Made by a program: the position numbers and the translations under genes. The notes below the pieces were generated by a model. That model was not told the origin of the DNA, made no database searches, and saw only the letters and a list, made by a program, of their open reading frames with translations. Below are positions 21,596 through 31,203 of a stretch of DNA of 64,000 bases, piece by piece (position 1 is the first letter of the stretch; every line of letters starts with the position of its first letter). The stretch lies in the sequence record PP456879.1; one strand, 5' to 3'.

Positions 21596-23935
21596 ATGTT
21601 GAATACTTTTTCACATGAACTTACGACTCACAATTGGAAATTAACAATGTTAAAAACTATCATTAAACTAGACGGTACTGAAGAAGCATACTCACCTGCT
21701 AAGATTAATGGTTGGGGTGAATGGGCAGCCCAACATCTTGGCGATAAGGTGGATTGGAGTAGTGTTGTGATGGATGCTGTTCAAGCTCTTGGTGATAAAA
21801 CTTCATCACAAGAACTACAATTACAACTTATTGAAGAATGTTTAAATCGTAAGACATGGTCTTATTATCTAATGGCTGGTAGACTATATGCGATTTATCT
21901 TCGTAAGAAGTTCTATGGTCTAAATGGCATCCCAACTGTTAAAGCGCTTCAAACCAGGATGCGTAAAGATGGTATCATTGTTAAATTAGATTATAGTAGT
22001 AAAGAATACGCTCAGATTGAAAAGATCATTGATCACGATCTTGACCTACTTTGTCCGCATTTTTCACTTCATCACATTCGTGGAAAGTATGCTCTACGTA
22101 ATCGTAAAACTGGTCAAGAATATGAGACTGCCCAGTTTGTATATATGCGAATGGCAATGGCTCTAGCTGAAAAAGAGCCAGCTGAAACTCGCATGACTCA
22201 TGTGGAGAATTACTATAAACTACTTTCTAATAAAATTCTTAGTGCGCCAACACCTAACTACGTTAACCTAGGTACTAAGCTTCGTGGTTTTGCATCATGT
22301 TGCCTATTTGCTTCTGGTGATAATGGTGTATCACTGGCAATGGGCGATTATATTGCTAACATCATGACCCAATCATCAGCAGGCATTGGTGTTAACTTAA
22401 TGACTAGGTCAATTGGTGATCCTATCCGTAATGGCCTAATCATTCACCAAGGTAAGAAACCATACATCGATGTAATTGGTAAAGCAGTAAGGGCTAACCT
22501 ACAAAATGGTCGAGGTGGTGCTGTTACGTGTTACTACAGTGCTTTCGATCCTGAAGCAGATATGATTACTCAGCTACGTAATCCACGTTCTACTGAGGAT
22601 AGGAAGAACCGTGATCTTCACTATGCATTCCTAAGTAATAAGTTCTTTGCTAAGAAAGCGGCTCAGAAAGATGGCATGATCTTTGTATTCAATCCATTTA
22701 CTGCTCCAGATCTACATGATGCTTTCTATAGTGGTGATATTGATAAGTTTATTAAGCTTTATGAAAAATATGAAGCGGATCCTAAATTTGAGAAAACTTA
22801 TGTAAATGCTCGGGATCTTCTCAAATCAATGCTAGTTGAAGCATATGAGACTGGAACCATCTATTCAGCTCAAATTGATGAACTCAATCATCATACACCA
22901 TTTAAAGAACCTATTTACAGTTCTAACCTATGCCTTGAAATCGCAGAACCCACTAAGCCTTACTATCGAATGGAAGATCTTTATTCTAGTGAGGATCACG
23001 GGCGCGGTGAGATTGCTACTTGTTCACTGGCTGCTATTGCAGTGGATAACGTTCCTGATAAGCAAACTTATGAAATGGCGGCTTACTACGCACTTAAGAT
23101 GATTGACTATTGTATCCTTAATGCAGAGTATGCTTTCCCACACCTTGCACTAACCGCTAAGAATCGAATGAGTGCTGGTGTTGGTATCATGGGTCTAGCC
23201 ACACATATGGCACGTGCTGGCCTTAAATATAGCAGCGATGCTGGTAAAGCTGAAATCCACTTCATTGCTGAACGGCATATGTACTTCCTTATCAAGGCGT
23301 CACTTAAGATTTCTAAAGAACGCGGGAATGCGCCTTGGATTCATAAGACTAAATGGCCAGAGGGATGGACTCCACGTAAGACTTATAATAAGTCAGTAGA
23401 TACTATCATTGAAGGTGGCTTTGAAGAACTTTATCCATGGGATGAGCTAGAGAAAGAAATTAAGGAGAATGGTGGTATTGCACACTCCGTACTAGCTGCA
23501 TACATGCCTGGTGAAGCATCATCTAAGGCACTAGGGTCAACTAATGGTCCATACCCGGTACGTCGCCTAATTCTTAATAAGACTGATAATGGTGCACGTG
23601 TGCTATGGGCTGCTCCATATGGAGATGATGACTCCTATGTGTATGAATCAGCTTATGATATCCCCACTAAAGATCTTATTGATTGCTATGCCATTATTCA
23701 AAAGTGGACTGATCAAACAATCAGTGCGGACCTCTACCGACGCATTGTAGGTTCTGAAAAGATCTCTTCTAATGAAATGCTAGGTAATCACTTCTACATG
23801 GTGAAACGTGGAATGAAAACCCGGTATTATGTAAATCTAGAAACAGCAGCAGGACTTGATATTAAATCACTTGAACGTGCTGTTGAGGTAACTAATACTG
23901 AAGTTGGGTGTGCAGGCGGTTCGTGCACTCTTTAA
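21596..23935 (+). CDS. nrdA: class Ia ribonucleotide reductase alpha subunit (likely start 21647)
   Basis: ATP-cone-like N-terminus, FASCC, SSNLCLEI, ATCSLA, KTRYY, C-terminal CAGGSC. Confidence 0.96.
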   Translation: MLNTFSHELTTHNWKLTMLKTIIKLDGTEEAYSPAKINGWGEWAAQHLGDKVDWSSVVMDAVQALGDKTSSQELQLQLIEECLNRKTWSYYLMAGRLYAIYLRKKFYGLNGIPTVKALQTRMRKDGIIVKLDYSSKEYAQIEKIIDHDLDLLCPHFSLHHIRGKYALRNRKTGQEYETAQFVYMRMAMALAEKEPAETRMTHVENYYKLLSNKILSAPTPNYVNLGTKLRGFASCCLFASGDNGVSLAMGDYIANIMTQSSAGIGVNLMTRSIGDPIRNGLIIHQGKKPYIDVIGKAVRANLQNGRGGAVTCYYSAFDPEADMITQLRNPRSTEDRKNRDLHYAFLSNKFFAKKAAQKDGMIFVFNPFTAPDLHDAFYSGDIDKFIKLYEKYEADPKFEKTYVNARDLLKSMLVEAYETGTIYSAQIDELNHHTPFKEPIYSSNLCLEIAEPTKPYYRMEDLYSSEDHGRGEIATCSLAAIAVDNVPDKQTYEMAAYYALKMIDYCILNAEYAFPHLALTAKNRMSAGVGIMGLATHMARAGLKYSSDAGKAEIHFIAERHMYFLIKASLKISKERGNAPWIHKTKWPEGWTPRKTYNKSVDTIIEGGFEELYPWDELEKEIKENGGIAHSVLAAYMPGEASSKALGSTNGPYPVRRLILNKTDNGARVLWAAPYGDDDSYVYESAYDIPTKDLIDCYAIIQKWTDQTISADLYRRIVGSEKISSNEMLGNHFYMVKRGMKTRYYVNLETAAGLDIKSLERAVEVTNTEVGCAGGSCTL

Positions 23936-23941
23936 GTGTAT

Positions 23942-23967
23942 ACACCCTCCCTTAATTGGGAGGGTGT
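23942..23967 (+). terminator. hairpin between nrdA and nrdB
   Basis: ACACCCTCCC-TTAATT-GGGAGGGTGT; 22-nt core identical to 25618-25639. Confidence 0.7.
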
Positions 23968-24035
23968 TATTCCCAATTTATACTAACCTCTATTATTTAT
24001 TGTAAGAAATATTTTTAAATTGTAAAGGAACTGAT

Positions 24036-25199
24036 ATGTCTACTAAATCTCAACTACCAAAGAAAATCTTCAATGTTGCTAAGAGTGATTATCATCTACC
24101 GGAAATTATTCTTGGAGATGATCCAGGTCTACTAGATTCAATCCACACTCATTATCCTAAAATGTGGGAGCTATATAAGCGTCTAAAGATGCTTGATTGG
24201 GATGAGCTAGAATTTGACTTTTCCACTTGTCTAGTAGAATTTGAAACGTGTGATAAATCAACTTATGACATGATGATTAAGACACTGGCCTGGCAATGGG
24301 AAGCTGACTCTGTAGCCAGTCGTTCCATTGTTAATATTCTATCACCTGTCATGACAGATTCACGAGTATGGGCGGGATATGTACGTATTAATGATAATGA
24401 AGACGTACATGCTTTAACTTATTCTGAAATTGTACGTAATAGCTTTAAAGATCCTAAAGTTATTCTAGACGAAATTCTTAGGGTAGAAGAAGCACAAGAA
24501 CGAATGGTTGCAGTAGCCCGCACTATGGGTGAAGCACATGACGCAGTTCATGCGTATGCTCTTAATCAGGTACCCAATGATCAAGAACTTTACAATAAAG
24601 TATTCATGTTCTTCATCGCTCTATATTTCCTAGAACGTATCCAGTTCATGGCATCCTTTGCAGTAACCTTTGCTATTGGTCGTACTGGTGCATTCCAGCA
24701 AATTGCAGCCGCTGTTAAGAAAATTGCCCAAGACGAATTCGAAATCCATGCACAATATGGACAAGAAGTTATTCGTGCACTACTGGCAACTGAACGCGGT
24801 AAACTCGCTTACAGTCAATGTAAAGATAAAATCATTGAACTACTATGGGAAATTGTAAAGACTGAAGTTACCTGGGTTAATTATCTATTCTCTGAAGGTC
24901 GTGAACTAACTGGTGTTAATGCGACTAAACTTATTAACTGGGTACTTTTCAATGCTAATGCCGCAGCAACATTCCTAAGTATTGAAAATGATGTTGTAGA
25001 ACAGTATCAAGTGGAGTTTAAAGAATCAGCTGGATTTGATTTTGTTTGGCCAGAGAAGAACCCACTTCTTTATATGGAAGACTACCTAGATATTTCATCA
25101 ACCCAAGCATCTCCTCAGGAAGAAGAGAAGCCTGATTACATGGTCAACGTTGTAAATGATGTTGGTGAAGAAGAAGAATTTGAGGTTGACTTCTTATGA
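24036..25199 (+). CDS. nrdB: class Ia ribonucleotide reductase beta subunit
   Basis: di-iron ligands WEADS, EDVHALTY (radical Tyr), LERIQF, DEFEIH; C-terminal Tyr. Confidence 0.95.
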   Translation: MSTKSQLPKKIFNVAKSDYHLPEIILGDDPGLLDSIHTHYPKMWELYKRLKMLDWDELEFDFSTCLVEFETCDKSTYDMMIKTLAWQWEADSVASRSIVNILSPVMTDSRVWAGYVRINDNEDVHALTYSEIVRNSFKDPKVILDEILRVEEAQERMVAVARTMGEAHDAVHAYALNQVPNDQELYNKVFMFFIALYFLERIQFMASFAVTFAIGRTGAFQQIAAAVKKIAQDEFEIHAQYGQEVIRALLATERGKLAYSQCKDKIIELLWEIVKTEVTWVNYLFSEGRELTGVNATKLINWVLFNANAAATFLSIENDVVEQYQVEFKESAGFDFVWPEKNPLLYMEDYLDISSTQASPQEEEKPDYMVNVVNDVGEEEEFEVDFL

Positions 25200-25609
25200 T
25201 TAAGATTATCGCATTCGTAGTTTTAATGTGGTCCACTGTCCTATTTGCAGCAACTGAAGTAAAATCAACTACAGATGGTATTATTGCACATTCAGAATGT
25301 CAGCTAGTTGCTAAAGATAGTAGTGTTGTCGGCACTACTGTTGGAGGTGCGGTTGGAGCCACCGCAGGCGCTGTATTAGGTCGAGCAATCTTTGGTAAAT
25401 CTGGAGGTTGGGTAGGTGGTTTAATCGGTGGTGCCGCAGGCGGCGCAGTCGGTAATAATGTTAGTGCTACTGAAACATTTCAATGTAAACTGATTGTTAA
25501 TACAGATGGCAAGCAGTACATGGTTCAAACAGTTACCAATGAAAAACCAAAGGTTGGTGATAAAGTCACTGTTGTTGAAATGAATGATGGTACACGAGAT
25601 ATAATGTAG
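25196..25609 (+). CDS. exported glycine-zipper protein (YcfJ/SlyB-like)
   Basis: signal peptide, GGAVGATAGAVLG...GGLIGGAAGGAVG, C-terminal small beta domain. Confidence 0.7.
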   Translation: MIKIIAFVVLMWSTVLFAATEVKSTTDGIIAHSECQLVAKDSSVVGTTVGGAVGATAGAVLGRAIFGKSGGWVGGLIGGAAGGAVGNNVSATETFQCKLIVNTDGKQYMVQTVTNEKPKVGDKVTVVEMNDGTRDIM

Positions 25610-25617
25610 ACATAATG

Positions 25618-25639
25618 ACCCTCCCTTAATTGGGAGGGT
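25618..25639 (+). terminator. terminator hairpin followed by TATG
   Basis: ACCCTCCC-TTAATT-GGGAGGGT. Confidence 0.75.
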
Positions 25640-25694
25640 TTATGCTAACAATTCTATAGCACTCTTATTAACAGTCATCAACGAGAGAGTAGAC

Positions 25695-27635
25695 ATGAAT
25701 AAAATGCTAAACTTCCTAAACCGTACGCTATATAGCGGTACTGAAAAAGTATCTTCAAAAGCTACACCAAGTCTAGAACACTTTAAAACAAATGTTGAAC
25801 AAGTAGATAAAAAGATTCTACAACCCTTTAGTACTAAATTTAAAACCATTCTAAAAGAATGTTACAGTAATGAGGAGTGGGTTGAAGAACAATCATTTAT
25901 TGAAGAACCTATTGATCTTGGTTCAGCTGCACGCGGTCTTACCGAGCGCGGTATTATGCGTGGTGATTGGGGACGCTTAGCGCATTCCACTATTAAAGAA
26001 GCAGAAGGTATGATGCGTACTTATAGTGGTCGTCTAAATGAAGATATGGAGGCATCTGAAATTAATGAAGTAATTCAAGATATGCCTTATAACTTCACAG
26101 CTGGCTCAGCTAATACTAGCCGTTTAGAAGAAGATGACTCTATTTTTGTTGAAGCAGATACAACTGTAGTTGAACCTCTGTCTAAGCAGACTCTGCCAAA
26201 AGTAGCAGAGCTTACTAATCAATTAGTGGAAGTCTATAACCGAATTACTGAAGAATTTACAGAAACTGGTATTGCTAAAGTTGAACAAGTTGAACAGCCA
26301 GCAGTTCTTGTAGCACTTGGTGAGATCATTAGTAGTTTTAATAAACTAATTGATTTATCTTGCGGTGCTCTACCAGTGGAAGAAACTGTTATTGTAGAGG
26401 AGGATCCGTTACCTGCCATTGTTACTGGTCCAACTACTGAACCCATTGATGGTGAAATTCTACCGGTTGATGCTATTAATAATTCTGCGGCATTAGAAGA
26501 ATTCATTGAAGAAGTATTAAGTACTAATCCAGAATTCATTAAATATCAAAGTATGAATGATAGTAATATTGATTCATATCTAACTGGGGATGACTGGATT
26601 ATACTGAAATTCAAAGATGGTTCTTATTATTTATACAATGCCCAAAGTGCCGGTGAAACGAATATAGAAATCATGAAAGATATGGCCGAAACTGGTAGTG
26701 GTCTTAATGGTTTTATAAATCGGGTTATTCGTGGCGGGTATGTAGAGAAGTCCATCATTAATACTCCCGGTTTTATACAAGTCTCAAATGAAGGTCTTAT
26801 CGATTCAATCAAAAAAGTTCTTGGCATTTCTAATCGAGGTGATCAGAAACGTATCTGGCGTTCATCGTCCAGTGCAAGAGGATTTCTGGAACAACTAGAA
26901 TCTACATTTGGCAATCCACAATGGCTTAATAAGCAGGTATTCGTTACTGGCGATATCAATAGTAATGGTATAGCTAACGTACTGAGTATTAATGGTAAAG
27001 TCAGTATCGAGGATGCCATTCGTGCAGTAGAACCATTCTTCAAACTCGAAGAAAAGTCTAATCGCGAAATGGAGTCTTACAGGCAGAAGACTAAACCTGC
27101 ATTGGATCTACTCATTAAGAATGCACATAACCTAGACGCTAACGTATACAAAGAAGCAAAGGCTATCGTAGACAAGGCACGTGCTGGATTCAAGACTAGT
27201 GTTAAATGGCCTGCCGGTACTATTACAGGTAAGGGTACCTATAATTCACCTCGCACCGTGGTCGCGAAATATCCATCTACTGATAGTAAACTCAAAGCTC
27301 TTACTGAAGAAGAAGCAGCTAAGGCCATGAACTTAATTATATCGGCATTGGAACGTCAGATAACTCTTAGCTTCAAGTTCCCTGATTTACCAGATCCACT
27401 GGAAGGACTAATCTACGATATGTTGGATAACCCTAGTCCAATAGCTGGTATCGATTACTATGATTGGAATGATTTGTTATTCGCATGCTTTGGCCCTGGG
27501 ATTGATGATGATGTGATGGAAGTTAATAAAATGCGGCAATACCACTCATTCATTGATATCATGGAGGCCGCCGCAAAATGGGTAGATCGGTCTATAAAAG
27601 GTAGGTTAGCAATGGGTAATGAAAACTACCAGTAA
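25695..27635 (+). CDS. internal head protein (phiKZ gp303-like) with embedded KTSC-like domain
   Basis: 646 aa; S/A/G-x-E prohead-protease-type sites (SNE-E, ALE-E, SNE-GL); synteny after nrdB. Confidence 0.6.
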   Translation: MNKMLNFLNRTLYSGTEKVSSKATPSLEHFKTNVEQVDKKILQPFSTKFKTILKECYSNEEWVEEQSFIEEPIDLGSAARGLTERGIMRGDWGRLAHSTIKEAEGMMRTYSGRLNEDMEASEINEVIQDMPYNFTAGSANTSRLEEDDSIFVEADTTVVEPLSKQTLPKVAELTNQLVEVYNRITEEFTETGIAKVEQVEQPAVLVALGEIISSFNKLIDLSCGALPVEETVIVEEDPLPAIVTGPTTEPIDGEILPVDAINNSAALEEFIEEVLSTNPEFIKYQSMNDSNIDSYLTGDDWIILKFKDGSYYLYNAQSAGETNIEIMKDMAETGSGLNGFINRVIRGGYVEKSIINTPGFIQVSNEGLIDSIKKVLGISNRGDQKRIWRSSSSARGFLEQLESTFGNPQWLNKQVFVTGDINSNGIANVLSINGKVSIEDAIRAVEPFFKLEEKSNREMESYRQKTKPALDLLIKNAHNLDANVYKEAKAIVDKARAGFKTSVKWPAGTITGKGTYNSPRTVVAKYPSTDSKLKALTEEEAAKAMNLIISALERQITLSFKFPDLPDPLEGLIYDMLDNPSPIAGIDYYDWNDLLFACFGPGIDDDVMEVNKMRQYHSFIDIMEAAAKWVDRSIKGRLAMGNENYQ

Positions 27636-27650
27636 TGTATCTAATATTAT

Positions 27651-27790
27651 GTAGAAATAATCCCTCCCCCTTGTTTCTACATTAGTCATAATAGATCGGA
27701 GCCAGTCCCCCTTCCAACTGGCTCCCAGAGAGTAAAACTCTTTGCTGGGCATTAATGACGATATATCGCCTCCCTTCGGGGAGGCTTTAT
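27651..27790 (+). ncRNA. candidate late small RNA with two C-rich loops
   Basis: TATG start, 10-bp and 9-bp stems, closing stem, own UUCG terminator 27768-27785. Confidence 0.6.
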
Positions 27791-27848
27791 ATTTTGTTTT
27801 TACGTATGTATATTAAAATATGTATAAACAACATAGAGTAATTATAAA

Positions 27849-28301
27849 ATGATCAAAAATGAACTTTTACCAGGGCTAATCTATGCCCAAAAAGAATTTG
27901 ATAAAATTGCAGCTAATGTAAAAGACTATGATAAGTATAAAAGACGCGAAGCTGGTAGGGCAAGTGCCGTTTTAAGAAGTCTAGTGAGCAATATTGTAAA
28001 TCAGAATAAACCATCCTCACTTGAACATGAAGGCAAAGTTAGTACTACTAATACTAATGAATATTTAGAAGAAGTTAATAATTACTTCTTTAACATTAAT
28101 AATATTAAATTAATTTCTCCTAAACTCATAAAAGAGAAATTAACAATTGATCTAATGAATATTTATGTTAAATGGAATATGATTGGAGTGGCTGGCCGAA
28201 ATGATGTTCCAATTATTGAACACAGAATTAATGATTGGTGCGAAGTGACCGATGTCTACATTAATGGTAATAAGATAACTTCTTTACAATGGCCACGTTG
28301 A
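27849..28301 (+). CDS. hypothetical protein
   Basis: 150 aa. Confidence 0.7.
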   Translation: MIKNELLPGLIYAQKEFDKIAANVKDYDKYKRREAGRASAVLRSLVSNIVNQNKPSSLEHEGKVSTTNTNEYLEEVNNYFFNINNIKLISPKLIKEKLTIDLMNIYVKWNMIGVAGRNDVPIIEHRINDWCEVTDVYINGNKITSLQWPR

Positions 28302-28359
28302 ATTTAAAATAAGTTGTAATAAAATACCTAGCATTACATGTTATGTATTGAAGCACAAT

Positions 28360-28444
28360 GCCCGAATGGTGAAATTGGTAAACACAGAAGACTTAAAATC
28401 TTCCGGCTACGGTCTTGTCGGTTCGAATCCGACTTCGGGCACCA
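28360..28444 (+). tRNA. trnL: tRNA-Leu(TAA)
   Basis: cloverleaf with long variable arm, anticodon loop CTTAAAA, encoded CCA. Confidence 0.95.
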
Positions 28445-28453
28445 ATTTAAATA

Positions 28454-28529
28454 CGGAGTGTAGCGCAGTTGGTAGCGCGCCTGCTTTGGGAGCAGGATGT
28501 CGGGAGTTCGAGTCTCCCCACTCCGACCA
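28454..28529 (+). tRNA. trnP: tRNA-Pro(TGG)
   Basis: cloverleaf, loop TTTGGGA, CCA. Confidence 0.95.
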
Positions 28530-28550
28530 TTTTAATAATAGGTAAATAGG

Positions 28551-28844
28551 ATGGATAATAAATGGATATCATGGGAACATCAAATTATAGGAACAGCTCT
28601 TTACGCTATTATTAGTGACCCTGAATTAACTAATATTCAATTAGCTCAAGGCTTACACTATCTAACAGAAGCAAAGTCTTCTGTATTGCATGTTTGTAAT
28701 AATCATATTACATTCACTGTAACCTATCCACATGGCACATTTAGAACCAATGTAATTAGAGAGTGCCCTGTTAGTGATACAAATACATTCAAATGGTCAG
28801 GTGTATTAGTCCGTGAAAAAGATGGAACATTCTTACCAGAATAA
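28551..28844 (+). CDS. hypothetical protein
   Basis: 97 aa between tRNAs. Confidence 0.7.
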   Translation: MDNKWISWEHQIIGTALYAIISDPELTNIQLAQGLHYLTEAKSSVLHVCNNHITFTVTYPHGTFRTNVIRECPVSDTNTFKWSGVLVREKDGTFLPE

Positions 28845-28851
28845 ATAAAAA

Positions 28852-28928
28852 GGGCCTATAGCTCAGTTGGTTAGAGCAGGCGACTCATAATCGCTTGGTC
28901 GCAGGTTCAAGTCCTGCTGGGCCCACCA
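28852..28928 (+). tRNA. trnI: tRNA(CAT), probably Ile2 (lysidine type) rather than Met
   Basis: anticodon arm GGCGA-CTCATAA-TCGCT as in E. coli ileX; C4-G69, C5-G68. Confidence 0.8.
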
Positions 28929-28980
28929 TATACTAGCCTCCCACTTGGGGGAGGTTTTATACTGTCTCATTGAGGAAAAC

Positions 28981-29202
28981 ATGAATACAGTAATAATGTT
29001 GGTATTATCTATCAAAGTTGGATTATTTGGTTTCATTTCGACTAATGAAAGTAATATCCTATTTGAAAATAGGGAACAGTGTATTTCTCATCTGGATATT
29101 CTGGAACATAAATACAAGTCTCTTGAAGTTATTCGAAATGAGAATACTCTAAAGATAACCGAAAGAGATAACCATTCTATTTATATTTTTAAATGTCTCT
29201 AG
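28981..29202 (+). CDS. small exported protein (73 aa)
   Basis: GAGGA RBS before ATG 28981; track start 28945 lies in a hairpin. Confidence 0.6.
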   Translation: MNTVIMLVLSIKVGLFGFISTNESNILFENREQCISHLDILEHKYKSLEVIRNENTLKITERDNHSIYIFKCL

Positions 29203-29210
29203 GAAAATAC

Positions 29211-29498
29211 ATGGAACATCAAGAACAAAAAGAACTATTGAGACAACCATTACAAACACTTTATAATCTTACTTTTAGTCCCCGTTTACGTAATGGAGCG
29301 AAGGCTCCCGATTGGATTCACCTGACCGATGAAGTAACCCTATTCCCAAACGGATTAGATATTACAATCAACGCTGTTACACGTTGCATCAAATGGGAAC
29401 TTATCGGCGAGGATGTAAGTAACATTACTTATGTTGAAGCTATGTTCTTTAATAAAGGTCTTAAAGCAGTTAAAACCTATCTCAAACATACGGAGTAA
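29211..29498 (+). CDS. hypothetical protein
   Basis: AGGA RBS before ATG 29211. Confidence 0.65.
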   Translation: MEHQEQKELLRQPLQTLYNLTFSPRLRNGAKAPDWIHLTDEVTLFPNGLDITINAVTRCIKWELIGEDVSNITYVEAMFFNKGLKAVKTYLKHTE

Positions 29499-29500
29499 AT

Positions 29501-29848
29501 ATGGATCATCTAACCCCAACGCAGAGCGCTGTATATTTCACATTTATTAGCCCTGAGTTTATAAAGCTAACTCTTGTTGAATCTTTTGTAGCGATCCACA
29601 AGAAACATCCAGAAGTAAAGCATTGCGTTAAGAAAAAGATTAGTGCTAATGAAACGCAGTTTATCTTTATCTTCAAAGATGGGACTGATAATTTAATCAT
29701 TACACGTAAAACTGAACCTTGCCCTGAACTGGATAGCCCAGTAGGCGATAGTATTAAGTTGTCCGGCGAAGAACTTAAAAATATTCTTGCTAAGTACGAT
29801 CGTCCCAAGGATGGTAACTATTTCAAGCACTGGACTGATCGCCCGTAA
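29501..29848 (+). CDS. hypothetical protein
   Basis: 115 aa, GGAG RBS. Confidence 0.7.
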   Translation: MDHLTPTQSAVYFTFISPEFIKLTLVESFVAIHKKHPEVKHCVKKKISANETQFIFIFKDGTDNLIITRKTEPCPELDSPVGDSIKLSGEELKNILAKYDRPKDGNYFKHWTDRP

Positions 29849-29900
29849 TAAAATATTACTGGTTATGTAATACTATGTAGGAAGTCATGTCCATACGTTT

Positions 29901-29977
29901 GCGCTCATAGTTCAGTTGGTTAGAATACCCGCCTGTCACGCGGGTGGTCAGGGGTTCGAGTCCCCTTGGGCGCGCCA
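29901..29977 (+). tRNA. trnD: tRNA-Asp(GTC)
   Basis: cloverleaf, loop CTGTCAC, CCA. Confidence 0.95.
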
Positions 29978-29983
29978 TTTAAT

Positions 29984-30059
<76 letters not shown>

Positions 30060-30065
30060 TATTCT

Positions 30066-30089
30066 AAAGAGTAGCTTCGGCTACTCTTT
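30066..30089 (+). terminator. terminator after tRNA-Asn
   Basis: AAAGAGTAGC-TTCG-GCTACTCTTT. Confidence 0.85.
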
Positions 30090-30143
30090 TATGTTGCCAT
30101 GGGTTATCTTATGAATTAAAATGATTTACTTGAGAGCACACTC

Positions 30144-31151
30144 ATGTTTGAATTACTATTATCGCCAGATATAGGCGAAGAGTTACCCTTGGTTGGATTT
30201 AATGAAATTATTAAATTAGGTGATCTACCTGTAGCGTTAGCTGGTACAATGTCATATGTGGACGGAAATACACTGTATGTTGGATCTGGTCATCATACTG
30301 AAGGACAAACAGCTGCAACTGTGTTCAGACGTTTTACCATATCGCCATTTGCCGATATAGGTGCAACTGCTTCTGGAACATTCTTACCAGGGGTATCTTT
30401 AGGATTTGGGACATTACATAAGAATAACTTTATTGTTTATGGCGGTATTACTGGATGGAACTCGGCTGGTAATGGTGGTACGGGAACATCTAACTTTATA
30501 CAACATTTTGATATAGCTACAGGCAATAGGGTTGAGCGATATAGTGGTCCCGTACCACTTTGGGGCACAGCCTCCGCATCAGATGGTAATGATCTTATTA
30601 TGTGTGTTAACCCAGTTGGGGTAAATGCAATGCGGTTAAAACCATCGGGTAAGACATGGCTTAGTGGGCAAGACTATTCAGGTGGTGCTCGTTCAGGTCA
30701 ACAGTTATTCTTTTATAATGGTTACTTTTACCATTTTGGTGGTTGGGATAATACAAAGAACATACCTAATCTTGAAGTTTATCGATATAATGCAACTACC
30801 TTAATATGGGAGCAAACACCTTGGATGATTATACCTGCTGATAAAGGAACAATCTGGCAAGGTAATGGTTATGTAGATGGGGACTATTTTAATTACCTTA
30901 ACGCTGTTGATGTCGGCGGTGTAACTAAAATGTTTGCACAACGTTTTAATATTAGGCGCCGGAAATGGGCTGAACCATTTGAACTAGGTATCGGATTCCT
31001 TAATATTTCATCTATAGCTAAAGGTCCGGATAATAGCATGATCATTGTAGGTGGATCTAAAATGCCAGTTGGTGGTGGAGCATATATGTTGAAAAGCCAA
31101 TTGTTATCAGGTATCTATCAGGTAAAACTAGCGCCATTAATCATTGATTAA
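30144..31151 (+). CDS. Kelch-like beta-propeller protein
   Basis: repeated hhhxGG units: LYVGSG, FIVYGG, FYHFGGWD...YRYN...W, MIIVGG. Confidence 0.7.
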   Translation: MFELLLSPDIGEELPLVGFNEIIKLGDLPVALAGTMSYVDGNTLYVGSGHHTEGQTAATVFRRFTISPFADIGATASGTFLPGVSLGFGTLHKNNFIVYGGITGWNSAGNGGTGTSNFIQHFDIATGNRVERYSGPVPLWGTASASDGNDLIMCVNPVGVNAMRLKPSGKTWLSGQDYSGGARSGQQLFFYNGYFYHFGGWDNTKNIPNLEVYRYNATTLIWEQTPWMIIPADKGTIWQGNGYVDGDYFNYLNAVDVGGVTKMFAQRFNIRRRKWAEPFELGIGFLNISSIAKGPDNSMIIVGGSKMPVGGGAYMLKSQLLSGIYQVKLAPLIID

Positions 31152-31203
31152 AATAATAATATTTATAACTATTTAGATAATTATACTGGCACGATGATAT
31201 TAT

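Noticed and set aside
5491-25199. Inteins or introns in terL, nrdA and nrdB
   Set aside because: The ORFs are continuous, of normal length, and show no splicing motifs.
28348-28545. 65-aa ORF
   Set aside because: It overlaps tRNA-Leu and tRNA-Pro completely.
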